From Planctomycetota bacterium (lineage in GTDB: Bacteria; Planctomycetota; UBA1135; UBA2386), in contig OZ245838.1 of the NCBI GenBank assembly GCA_965228735.1, positions 3,264,001-3,328,000 on the forward strand: a stretch of DNA of 64,000 nt. The letters run 5' to 3'. The translations under genes were made by a program, and so were the position numbers. A model generated the notes under the pieces. That model searched no databases, had not been told where the DNA came from, and worked only from the letters and a program-made list of their open reading frames with translations. This document shows positions 48,475 to 58,414 of this stretch, one piece after another (positions within the stretch are counted from its first letter, which is position 1; each line of letters starts with the position of its first letter).

Positions 48475-48490
48475 AGCAACAGCCGTGCCA
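48475..48490 (-). promoter_or_regulatory. Sigma54 -24/-12 promoter
   Basis: Minus strand TGGCAC-GGCTG-TTGCT upstream of the ATG at 48431. Confidence 0.85.
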
Positions 48491-48654
48491 CGGCGAATTC
48501 GGCCGCGGCGGGCCGCCGACCGGGCCTACCGCCACCCAACCGGACGACGGACCACTCACGGCACACCCGATCGGGTGTCCCGCCTCCGATTCCGAATCGC
48601 CGGCGGACACCGCCGCTGACCCGCCAGGCGCCGCGCGCTACCGTGCGGTCGCCC

Positions 48655-50097
<1,443 letters not shown>

Positions 50098-50119
50098 CGC
50101 GCCGCGAGTTGCCGCAGCG

Positions 50120-50135
50120 TGGCACCGAGTTTGCT
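50120..50135 (+). promoter_or_regulatory. Sigma54 -24/-12 promoter
   Basis: TGGCAC-CGAGT-TTGCT upstream of the USP gene at 50191. Confidence 0.85.
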
Positions 50136-50142
50136 CTCATAA

Positions 50143-50193
50143 GGGCATCACGTTCGGGCATCACGTCCGGGCATCGCATTCGGGCATCGCATG
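50143..50193 (+). repeat. 13-bp tandem repeat x4 in the 5' leader
   Basis: gggcatcacgttc gggcatcacgtcc gggcatcgcattc gggcatcgcatg; the last copy contains the ATG. Confidence 0.85.
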
Positions 50194-50682
50194 ACGACCG
50201 ACCACCTCGAGCCACCGACCGGCAACCCGAGCACGACCGCTGCGCCGCGGGCCGCCCCGGTGTTCTTGCGGCGTCCGAGACTGGCGGCGCCACCACGCCG
50301 ACTCCTCGTGCCGCTGGACTTCGCACCCGGCTGCGGCGCGGCCGTCCATGCCGCGCGATCGCTCGCCGAACCCACCACCGAGTTCCGGCTGCTGCACGTG
50401 ATCGACCCCGAGCTGTTCCGCCCGCTCGCAGCTGGCGATCACCGGATCGATGCCGACTGCACGCATCACCTGCGCGAGATCGCCGTGGCGAACGGACTGC
50501 CGGACGACCGCGTGCGCATCGAGGTGCGACGCGGTGATCCGGCGACCGCGATCCTGCAGGCGATCGTCCGCCGTTCGCCGGACGCCGTCGTGCTCGGCGT
50601 CGGACGCCTGGCGCTCGGTCCGCTGGCCCGCGCGATCCTGGAATCCGCGCCGTGCCCGGCCATCGTCGTCGAACGTCGATAG
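50191..50682 (+). CDS. Universal stress protein
   Basis: LLVPLDFA, LLHVI, GDPATAI, VVLG, APCPAIVV. Confidence 0.85.
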   Translation: MTTDHLEPPTGNPSTTAAPRAAPVFLRRPRLAAPPRRLLVPLDFAPGCGAAVHAARSLAEPTTEFRLLHVIDPELFRPLAAGDHRIDADCTHHLREIAVANGLPDDRVRIEVRRGDPATAILQAIVRRSPDAVVLGVGRLALGPLARAILESAPCPAIVVERR

Positions 50683-50691
50683 CGCGCGCCG

Positions 50692-51888
50692 TCAGTCGCC
50701 GGGAACGACCGCAGCGCTCGGCCCGGGCCAGCTCCAGGCGATCACGTTCGTGAGGCATCGAACGGTTCCGCCGCTCGGCGCGATCGCCGCGACATCGATC
50801 GGCAGCACCGCGACCCCGACCTCCCGGAAGGCCCGAGCCGCCACCTCGTCGAGCTCCGGCAACCCGTAGGCCGGCATGTAGGCCCGGCGCCCGTCGGCCC
50901 GGCGCTCGATCACGGCGTTGTTCCAGGTCAGCACGTTGCCGTCTTCGCCGTGCACGATCGGCAGCCGCCGCACGGTCAGGCCCTGGCGTTCGAGCTCGTT
51001 GAGCACGCACTCGTAGCGCGCCAGCAGACCCGAGTGCAGCGCCACCTGCGTCCACGCGTCGAAGTCCGGCACGTTGTCGGCCGGCTCCCGCCCCAGCAGC
51101 TCGAGGCCCAGAACCGGGTCGCCGAGCAACACGGTCCGTTCATCGACGACGGTCATGAACATGTCGAGGTGCTCGTGCGGCGGCGCGGGGCGGCCGACGA
51201 CGACCAGCGGACAACCGAACATGCGCGCGAACGCCGCCTCGATGTCGTCGGTCATTCCGTTCTCCAGATTGTCGGTGACCGTCTTCCAACCGATGAACGC
51301 GTGCGTGCCGTTGCACGCGACATCGCCGCCCTCGAACGAGTAGCCGGTCGGAAAGCAACGCGCGCTGGGCGCGGCCGACGCGTGTGCCCCCGCGAGATCG
51401 CCGAGGTACTCGGGGTCGACCCGATCGATCCTCGGCGTGAGGAACGCGGACCGGTCGCCGTCACGAATCGCCACGTACCGATCCCGAGCCCACGACGTCA
51501 CGGGGCGCCCGACGACGAGCGTGCACGGTCGGTCTCGGATCGCCGGCGCTTCGAGAGCCAACGCACGCGCGAGGTGGTCGGCCTCGGCCTGGCCGTGGAC
51601 CGCGATGGAGACCCGCACCGCGGGCGGCAGCGACCGCAGCAGGTCACGGCAGGTCGGCAACCATTCCGCCATCGCGTCCGGGTCGTAGTGCAGCACGATG
51701 TGGTCGATCGCGGCGCAGCCTTCCGGGAACGGCGTCGGCGGCAGCTGGGCCGACGCCCGCGCTACCGTCACCGATGGTCGGTGCGGCAACGCCTGGAACG
51801 ACTGTGCTGCCAGCGGCACCCCGCAGGCCGCCGACGAGAGCACGGTGACAAGCCAGCGGAACCCGCCGTCCCTCATGGATCGTTTCAT
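50692..51888 (-). CDS. Secreted pentein-fold amidinohydrolase (agmatine or peptidyl-arginine deiminase-like)
   Basis: WARD, FEGGD, HEHLDMF, GGTVRCLT with catalytic Cys; signal-like N-terminus. Confidence 0.8.
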   Translation of the reverse strand: MKRSMRDGGFRWLVTVLSSAACGVPLAAQSFQALPHRPSVTVARASAQLPPTPFPEGCAAIDHIVLHYDPDAMAEWLPTCRDLLRSLPPAVRVSIAVHGQAEADHLARALALEAPAIRDRPCTLVVGRPVTSWARDRYVAIRDGDRSAFLTPRIDRVDPEYLGDLAGAHASAAPSARCFPTGYSFEGGDVACNGTHAFIGWKTVTDNLENGMTDDIEAAFARMFGCPLVVVGRPAPPHEHLDMFMTVVDERTVLLGDPVLGLELLGREPADNVPDFDAWTQVALHSGLLARYECVLNELERQGLTVRRLPIVHGEDGNVLTWNNAVIERRADGRRAYMPAYGLPELDEVAARAFREVGVAVLPIDVAAIAPSGGTVRCLTNVIAWSWPGPSAAVVPGD

Positions 51889-51900
51889 CGGCGTTGCACT

Positions 51901-51916
51901 AGCAACGCGCATGCCA
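51901..51916 (-). promoter_or_regulatory. Sigma54 -24/-12 promoter
   Basis: Minus strand TGGCAT-GCGCG-TTGCT, 12 nt upstream of the ATG at 51888. Confidence 0.8.
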
Positions 51917-52068
51917 AACCGAGAACCGCGGAATCCGGCCCGGTTCGGTCACCCGTCGGGCGCCCGGGCCCGCGATCGGAGCCGTGACACCCGATCGGGC
52001 CCGACCGCCATCGCGCTCGGCCCGGCCGAACCGCGAAACAACCGCCGACCACGCGGAGTTGTCGTCAC

Positions 52069-52668
52069 ATGACGAACGACGCCAGTGGGCCGTTCCTCGC
52101 GCGCTGTCGCGAGCTCATCGCAGCCAACGTGGAGCGGCTGCGCGGCTACGCCGGCATCACGCCGGAGATCGCGAACCGGCGCCCGGCCGATGGCGGCTGG
52201 TCGGCCGCGCAGTGCATCGATCACGCCGTGCTGACCGTCGAGCTCTACCTGCCGTTCATGGACGAGGCGCTCGCCCGCAGTCGGCCACTCGCGACGGGCG
52301 AGGTGAAGGGTCGCGGCACGCTCGTCGGACGCGTGCTGCTCGACGCGCTCGACCCGGATCGCAAGAAGCCGCGACGGATCCGCGCTCCCGGCATCTTCGC
52401 CCCGAGCCAGGAGCCGATCGACTGGCCCGCGCTGCTCGACCGCGCGCAGACCGCCCACGATCGCCTGCTCGAGATCCTCGAGCGCGGGGCCGATCGCGAC
52501 CTCGATCGCGCACGGCATCGGACGCCGTTGTCGTGGCTGCTGCGGGTCTCCCTCGCGCAGGCCCTGCAGGTGCACGCGATCCACGTGGCCCGGCACCTCG
52601 ATCAGGCGGATCGGGTCCTCGCCGCGAGCGGTCGGGCGCCGGCCGAGCCCGCGACCGCAACGGCGTAA
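52069..52668 (+). CDS. DinB family protein
   Basis: RPADGGWSAAQCIDH and HVARHLDQ. Confidence 0.88.
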   Translation: MTNDASGPFLARCRELIAANVERLRGYAGITPEIANRRPADGGWSAAQCIDHAVLTVELYLPFMDEALARSRPLATGEVKGRGTLVGRVLLDALDPDRKKPRRIRAPGIFAPSQEPIDWPALLDRAQTAHDRLLEILERGADRDLDRARHRTPLSWLLRVSLAQALQVHAIHVARHLDQADRVLAASGRAPAEPATATA

Positions 52669-52793
52669 ACCGCGCCCTCGAGTCCGGCGTCGCGCGATTT
52701 CTCCTCACCCCGGTTATCTCGGGGGCAAACTGCGTGGGCGCGGCGTAGCCCCGGTGACCGCAAGGTCCTCGACCCCTCCGCCGGAGCCGACTC

Positions 52794-53564
52794 ATGACCC
52801 GATCCCGACCGACACCGACCCGAAACTCGCGGTCCATCGCGTTCACGTTCACCTGCCTCGCGCTGATCGCCGCACCGCTCACCGCGCAGGGCCACGGCAA
52901 GGGCGCTGGCGATCGCAGCTCCGGCAAGGCCGAGGCGCGCGCCGAAGCCCGCGCCGACAGCAAGGGGAGCGGACCCCGGACGTCGCGTTCGAGCCACACC
53001 GTGACGCACCGCGTCGTGGTCGAGAACGGCCGGACGGTCGTCGACGAACGGACCGAGAACGGCCGGCGGGTGCCGACCGGCAAGGGCCGTGGACCGGGAC
53101 TCGTGCCGCCGGTCGGCGAGCCGAGCGCGCAGATCGAAGAGCTGATGGAAAGGACGCGCCGCGAGATGGAGCGCCAGGGCGCCGGCCTGCCGCCCGCTGC
53201 CAAGGAGCGCGCCGTGCGCGAGGTGGAGCGCGCAATGGACTCGGCGCGGGCGACGGATTCGTCGCGAAGTGCAGACCGGTCGTCGTCGCGCGACTCGTCG
53301 AGTTCGCGACGCTCGACCGCTGGCAGGTCACGGTCGAAGGACACTGGCTCGCGCTCCGGCACGTCGCTGCCGCGGAACCGGAACACGAAGACTCCACGCC
53401 CGACGACCGAGGTCGACCCGGGGCTGAAACGCCCGATCACGACGCCGCGGACCGCGAAACCGAAGACCGCGAAGCCGAAGACCCCGAAGCCGCCCACCGC
53501 GAAGCCGCGCGACGCCAAGGTCCAGAAGCTCCCACCGGTCGACACCAAGGGACGCCGCCGGTGA
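52794..53564 (+). CDS. Secreted low-complexity (S/R/K/P/T-rich) protein
   Basis: Signal ending PLTA-Q; RVVVENGRTVVDERTENG core; TAKPK repeats. Confidence 0.7.
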   Translation: MTRSRPTPTRNSRSIAFTFTCLALIAAPLTAQGHGKGAGDRSSGKAEARAEARADSKGSGPRTSRSSHTVTHRVVVENGRTVVDERTENGRRVPTGKGRGPGLVPPVGEPSAQIEELMERTRREMERQGAGLPPAAKERAVREVERAMDSARATDSSRSADRSSSRDSSSSRRSTAGRSRSKDTGSRSGTSLPRNRNTKTPRPTTEVDPGLKRPITTPRTAKPKTAKPKTPKPPTAKPRDAKVQKLPPVDTKGRRR

Positions 53565-53646
53565 CGGAGCGCGGCCCGTGGCCGAATTCGGGAGCCTCGC
53601 GTCAGGACTCGCCGCGATGACGACGCCCTGGACGACGGGATCCCCG

Positions 53647-54198
53647 ATGGCGTGGCAGGACGTCGACGACGAAACGTTGCTGGATCGGGCTGCCCGCGGC
53701 GAGGACGCCGCCGTCGACGCGTTCGTCGACCGCTTCGGTGACCGCCTCTGCAGTTTCCTCGTTCGTCTCGTGCGCGATCGCGCATGGGCCGACGACCTCG
53801 TGCAGGAGGTGCTCGTGCGCGCGCTCCACGAGGCCCACCGCTACGATCCCGAGTGGCCCGTCGTCGTGTGGCTGTTCGGCATCGCCCGCCACCTCGGCCT
53901 CGACCTGCTGCGTCGTGAAGGGGGCCAGCGGCGGCGCGCGAGCAACCTGACCCGCCCCGAACCCGCACCCGCCGCGGTGACGACCGCCGAGCATCGCGAG
54001 TTCCAGATCGCGCTCGAAGCGGCGCTGCAGCAGCTGCCCGAGGAGTATCGCTCGGTGTTCCTGCTGCGCGACGGCGAGAGTCTGAGCTACGAGGCGATCG
54101 GCGAGGTTCTCGGCATCTCACCCAAGACCGTTTCCAGTCGGCTGCACCGCGCGCGCCGCGCGCTGCGCACCGCCCTGCAGGAGCACCTGCCCAGATGA
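53647..54198 (+). CDS. ECF sigma factor
   Basis: DDETLL, ADDLVQEV, WLFGIARH, LPEEYRSVFLL, SYEAI, TVSSRLHRAR; start uncertain. Confidence 0.92.
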   Translation: MAWQDVDDETLLDRAARGEDAAVDAFVDRFGDRLCSFLVRLVRDRAWADDLVQEVLVRALHEAHRYDPEWPVVVWLFGIARHLGLDLLRREGGQRRRASNLTRPEPAPAAVTTAEHREFQIALEAALQQLPEEYRSVFLLRDGESLSYEAIGEVLGISPKTVSSRLHRARRALRTALQEHLPR

Positions 54199-54222
54199 CG
54201 AGTACCGGATGACGAGGACCCG

Positions 54223-55452
54223 ATGACGAGAACTGGCGACTCATCGCGCTCCGACCGCGAGTGCGCCCGCGTGCAGCGCCGCGTGACCGCGTTCGTCGAC
54301 GGCCGGCTCGACGCCCGCGAACGCGCCGCGACCCAGCAGCACCTGCGGGGCTGCGCGCGCTGCATGCAGGAGGCCCGCGACCTCACGCGGCTCGCGCGCG
54401 CCACGCACAACCTGCCGCCCCACCGGGCCGAATCCGGCCTCGCCGACCGGGTGCGGCGCGGCCTGGCCGATCGTCGCTCACGCGGCCTCGCCGACCTCGA
54501 CACCCGCGCGAGCGCCCGCCACGGACGTTCGTGGCAGCGCGTCTTCCGGGCCCCGGGCCTGCGCGCCGCAGCGGCGGGCATCGCGATCGCGCTCGTCTGG
54601 GGTGCGGGCTTCGTCGCGGGCCGCAGCGTCGAATGGCTGACCGGCGCGACCGGCGAATCGGCCGGACCGGCGGGGGTCACGACCTCGGGGATCGAGCAAC
54701 GCCGCGTCACCGAAACCGTGCCCGCGATCCTCGTCGACCCGGAGTTCGTCACGACGGGCCGCGAAGTCCTCGCGGATCTCGCGTGGGCCGAGTGTCTGCC
54801 ACCGTCCGCGCGCCGCCCGATGCTCGCGAGTCAGTTCGCGCTGTTCGAACTGCGGGAGCGCGCCGAGGCCGTGCTCGAACGAGCTCCGACGACGGACCCG
54901 ACGCGATCGCTCGCGCAACTCGTCCACGACTTCGGCACGACGCTCGCTGGCCCCGGAGCGATCGACTGGCGGGCCTGGAGCAGCGCCGCGCGCGCAGTGC
55001 AACTCGCGTTGCCGACCCGCTCCCACATCGCGGCGCGTCCCATCGTCGGCCCGCCGGGAATCGAAGCGCGCCCTCGCCGCGCTCTCGAACCGACGATCAC
55101 CCACGCGCTCGCGAACTGCGGCGCCGAACTCTCACAGCACGAGCGCCGCGACCTCGCCGAACTGCTTCGCTTCAAGCAGCAACTGGTCCACGACACGATG
55201 ACGGGCGGCCCGACCGCCGCAGCGTCGCGGACGACGACGTTCTTGAGCCACTGGCAGAGTTCGACGACGAGCGGCGGCGGTCACGACGGAACGCACATCA
55301 CGACCTCGTTCCGCCTCGCGACGGGAGTGCGCGCAGCGCGCACGCTGCACGACGCCGGCCACGGCAACGCCCCCGAGCTCGCGCGGCTGATCGAACGGAT
55401 GGCCCGCGACCTCGGTCTCGACCCGGCGGTCGACCTGCCGCTCGGCCAGTAG
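54223..55452 (+). CDS. Zinc-binding (ZAS/zf-HC2) membrane anti-sigma factor
   Basis: HLRGCARC (HxxxCxxC), one TM segment, directly after the ECF gene. Confidence 0.85.
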   Translation: MTRTGDSSRSDRECARVQRRVTAFVDGRLDARERAATQQHLRGCARCMQEARDLTRLARATHNLPPHRAESGLADRVRRGLADRRSRGLADLDTRASARHGRSWQRVFRAPGLRAAAAGIAIALVWGAGFVAGRSVEWLTGATGESAGPAGVTTSGIEQRRVTETVPAILVDPEFVTTGREVLADLAWAECLPPSARRPMLASQFALFELRERAEAVLERAPTTDPTRSLAQLVHDFGTTLAGPGAIDWRAWSSAARAVQLALPTRSHIAARPIVGPPGIEARPRRALEPTITHALANCGAELSQHERRDLAELLRFKQQLVHDTMTGGPTAAASRTTTFLSHWQSSTTSGGGHDGTHITTSFRLATGVRAARTLHDAGHGNAPELARLIERMARDLGLDPAVDLPLGQ

Positions 55453-55471
55453 CGGATCAGCCGGTAGCGGA

Positions 55472-57154
55472 TCAGCGACGTTCGCCGGCGACGAGATCCC
55501 ACCGGTCGCCGGGACTCAGCCAGACGGGTTCGGGCGCGCCGCCGTTGTCCGCGGCGCTCGCCTCGAGGAAACGGCCGCAGAGTCGGCGCCAATCGTAGAT
55601 CGCGATCTTCGACGCGCCGATGACCTCGAGCTCGTGCCCCGCGACGACGGCCGCGGTGCCTTCGTCGACGCCGATCCCGATGAGCTGCGGGTGGGTCTCG
55701 ATGAGGCCGGCGAGGTCACGCATCCGGTTCCGCGCGAGGAAGTGCTGATCCACCGCGCAGCCCGGCAGGAACGCGAAGCCGCGGTCGTAGCCCTCGCACG
55801 CCATGTCGCGATTGCCGAGCGGATTTCCCCGCACGAGGAAATCACCCTGAATCGTCGCGCCGGCGCTGCTGCCACCGATCACCCCGCCGCGCTCGAGCAC
55901 GGCGCGAAAGGCCGGCATCGCGAGGGTATCGGCAAACGCGTCGACGAGCCGCCACTGCCGACCGCCGCCGAACCACACGCCCGTCGCGTCGGCGAGAACA
56001 GTGAGGCGCTCGGGCGTCACTTCGTCGGGGTGCGCACAATCGAGGACCGCGACCTCGGCACCGCGCTTCTCGAACGCACCGCGCAGGTAGAGCCGCCGGT
56101 CACGCGAGCCGCCGCGGCCGCCGCGGGGCGCGGGACTCGCGCTCGGCACGAGCACGATCTTGCCATCAGCGCCGCCGGCGAGCGCGACGAAGCGGTCGAT
56201 CACGGCGGCCGGCAAGCGGCCGCCGCCGGCGAGCATGACGGCACCCGACGGCACGCGCGGCGCTGCCATCGTCGCCGGCGGCCACGCAGCGCCGACGCGC
56301 GCCGCGGCGGCGCGCTGCCAGCTCACGAGGTCCGCGCGTTCACCGGCACTCAACCGCACGATCTTCTCTTCGTGGCCCGCGCCGGCCGGCAACACGAGCG
56401 TCACGTCCGAGGCGCCGAGCACGCGCATCGCGCGCCCCTGCACGACGAGTGCAGTGCCCTCGTCGACGCCGAACCCGAACGCCCCGCGCGTCTGGGCGAG
56501 CGCTCGCCGCAGCCGCGGCAGGCGCTCCCGCGCGCGGAAGTGCTGATCGCCGATCGCGCCAGGGACGAGGTCGAGGCCCTGACCGAGCACCGGCTCGGGG
56601 TTGCCCGACTGGATCATCGTGCGGGTCTGGATCGCCAGGCCAGCCGAGCTGCCGCCGACGACACCGCCGCGGTCGAGCAACGCCATGACCTCGCGTTCGA
56701 AGCGGGTGCCGACGTAGGCCTCGGCGAGCCGGCGCTGCTGCCCGCCACCGAACCAGACCGCGGTCGCGCGGCGGAGCGGAGCGCAGAACTCCTCGTCGTT
56801 CGCGCGCTCGCGATCGCGGGTATGGAGCACGACGAACTCGGCATCGGGCCGACTCTCACGCCACTGGGCGACGAGCCGCGCCTGCGAACTCTCGGAGTCG
56901 GCGCGCGAGCTCGCCGTCGGCACGAGAACCACGACCGCCTCGTCCCCGCCCGCGAGCGCGAAGAACCGCTCGTAGATCGCAGCCGGCAACCGGCCGCCAC
57001 CCGCCAGAATGCGCGCACCCGGCACGCCGGCGGGATCGATCGCGCGAGCCGCACACGTCGGATCGGCGCGCGGCGTGGATGACTGGGCAACGGCAGTCGC
57101 GCTCGCGAACGCAAGACCGAGGCAGGCGACGAGGACGGGCAGGCAACACCTCAC
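55472..57154 (-). CDS. Secreted tandem two-domain cyanophycinase (peptidase S51)
   Basis: Two copies of AGGG / VP[TS]AS / WFGGGxQ / GGSSAG / DQHF / GVDEGTA; signal peptide. Confidence 0.9.
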   Translation of the reverse strand: MRCCLPVLVACLGLAFASATAVAQSSTPRADPTCAARAIDPAGVPGARILAGGGRLPAAIYERFFALAGGDEAVVVLVPTASSRADSESSQARLVAQWRESRPDAEFVVLHTRDRERANDEEFCAPLRRATAVWFGGGQQRRLAEAYVGTRFEREVMALLDRGGVVGGSSAGLAIQTRTMIQSGNPEPVLGQGLDLVPGAIGDQHFRARERLPRLRRALAQTRGAFGFGVDEGTALVVQGRAMRVLGASDVTLVLPAGAGHEEKIVRLSAGERADLVSWQRAAAARVGAAWPPATMAAPRVPSGAVMLAGGGRLPAAVIDRFVALAGGADGKIVLVPSASPAPRGGRGGSRDRRLYLRGAFEKRGAEVAVLDCAHPDEVTPERLTVLADATGVWFGGGRQWRLVDAFADTLAMPAFRAVLERGGVIGGSSAGATIQGDFLVRGNPLGNRDMACEGYDRGFAFLPGCAVDQHFLARNRMRDLAGLIETHPQLIGIGVDEGTAAVVAGHELEVIGASKIAIYDWRRLCGRFLEASAADNGGAPEPVWLSPGDRWDLVAGERR

Positions 57155-57449
57155 GCGAGCGTTGTAGCACGGGCCCGCCGCCGGATTGTATCAAGGCGGT
57201 GAACCGCGCCTCTTGCGACGACAATCGGGCAAAGCCTTACGGCGGTGTTACGTTTGGGGCGGCAAAGCGGGCCGCGACGAAGGGGTCGGACGAACTGCCG
57301 ATCACGGCGACGATCGGAAGCTGAACTCCGCATCGAACGGAACCGGGAACTCCGATTCGGCCGGCACCGGTGTGCGCAACACGGGGCCCGTGACGCGCCT
57401 GGCCAGGATCGAAGCGGGTCGCAGCTCGGGGACCCTCGCGGGCCCGGGT

Positions 57450-57465
57450 CGGCACGGACCTTGCG
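57450..57465 (+). promoter_or_regulatory. Sigma54 -24/-12 promoter
   Basis: CGGCAC-GGACC-TTGCG, about 50 nt upstream of the P-II ATG. Confidence 0.65.
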
Positions 57466-57516
57466 ACTCCGGCCTTGCGACTCCGGCGCCCAACCTCGTC
57501 GACGACCGCCGCCCCA

Positions 57517-57873
57517 ATGAAGAAGATCGAAGCCTACGTCAAGCCGTTCCGGCTCGCGGAGATCCGCGACAGGCTCGCAGAACGGCGATTCGACGTCCTG
57601 CGGGTCCACCGCGCCGAAGAAGTGCGCCCCGCGGAAACGTACACGGAGACGGTGCAGGGCGTCGCCTACGAGGTCGACTCGACTCCTCGCGCATTGATCG
57701 TGTTGCTCGTCGAAGAGAAGGACCTCGAGGAAGCCATCCGCCTCATCCAGAGCGTGGGCAAGACCGACCACGCCGGGGACGGTCGCATCGTCGTCACTCA
57801 CGTCGACCTCATCGCCGCGATCAACCCGGACGAGAATCCGGACTCCGAGATCCCGGGACGGCATGTCAACTGA
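57517..57873 (+). CDS. Divergent P-II family protein
   Basis: MKKIEAYVKPFRL, YEVD, KTDHAGDGRIVV. Confidence 0.88.
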   Translation: MKKIEAYVKPFRLAEIRDRLAERRFDVLRVHRAEEVRPAETYTETVQGVAYEVDSTPRALIVLLVEEKDLEEAIRLIQSVGKTDHAGDGRIVVTHVDLIAAINPDENPDSEIPGRHVN

Positions 57874-58402
57874 CGGCCAGTACGTGCTCACCGCCCTCGG
57901 AGCGGCAATGGCCCTGCTGTCGAGCGACGCACGTCCCCAGGGGCAAGGCAACGCCATCGGGACCGTGACCATCGCGGCGCCCGTGTTGGCAGGTCCTGCG
58001 CACGCATCGGCTGACGGCCAGTTCAGCCTGCGCTGGCAGGTCTCGCTCGACGACGTCGAGGATGCGGTCGCAGCCGCAGTCGAGTTCGAACTCGAAGAGC
58101 GCGCCGGCGACGCACGGACGCTGCTCGCCGCCGGCCATCATCTGGCGGCAGCGCTCAGCGGTCGCGACGACGGCGACTACGACTATCGCGTCAGAGCCGT
58201 GCAGACCGGCCACGCGATCAGCCCGTGGAGCGAGCCCGTCACGGTGCAGGTGCGGCATCACCCTCTGGGCTTCGCGCTGCGAATGTTCGCGGTCGGCGCG
58301 GTCGTATTCCTCGCGACTGCCGCGCTCGTGCTCGTCGGGCATCGGCGCGCCCGCCCGAGCGCCCATGCGACCGCCGCCGGCGACGCCGCGACCTCCGCCT
58401 GA
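57863..58402 (+). CDS. Membrane protein with an FN3-like domain
   Basis: FSLRW...FELEE...DGDYDYRVRA...SPWSEPVTV followed by a C-terminal TM helix. Confidence 0.78.
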   Translation: MSTDGQYVLTALGAAMALLSSDARPQGQGNAIGTVTIAAPVLAGPAHASADGQFSLRWQVSLDDVEDAVAAAVEFELEERAGDARTLLAAGHHLAAALSGRDDGDYDYRVRAVQTGHAISPWSEPVTVQVRHHPLGFALRMFAVGAVVFLATAALVLVGHRRARPSAHATAAGDAATSA

Positions 58403-58414
58403 CCTCGAAGCGCC

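Noticed and set aside
50143..50193. Direct repeats as a CRISPR array
   Set aside because: 13-bp units with no spacers and no cas genes.
52725..52747. CAAAC...CGTA as an ECF promoter
   Set aside because: The 13-nt spacer is shorter than typical for ECF promoters.
55449..55476. gtagcggatcagc duplicated between convergent stop codons
   Set aside because: Probably a local slippage duplication; no element lies between the copies.
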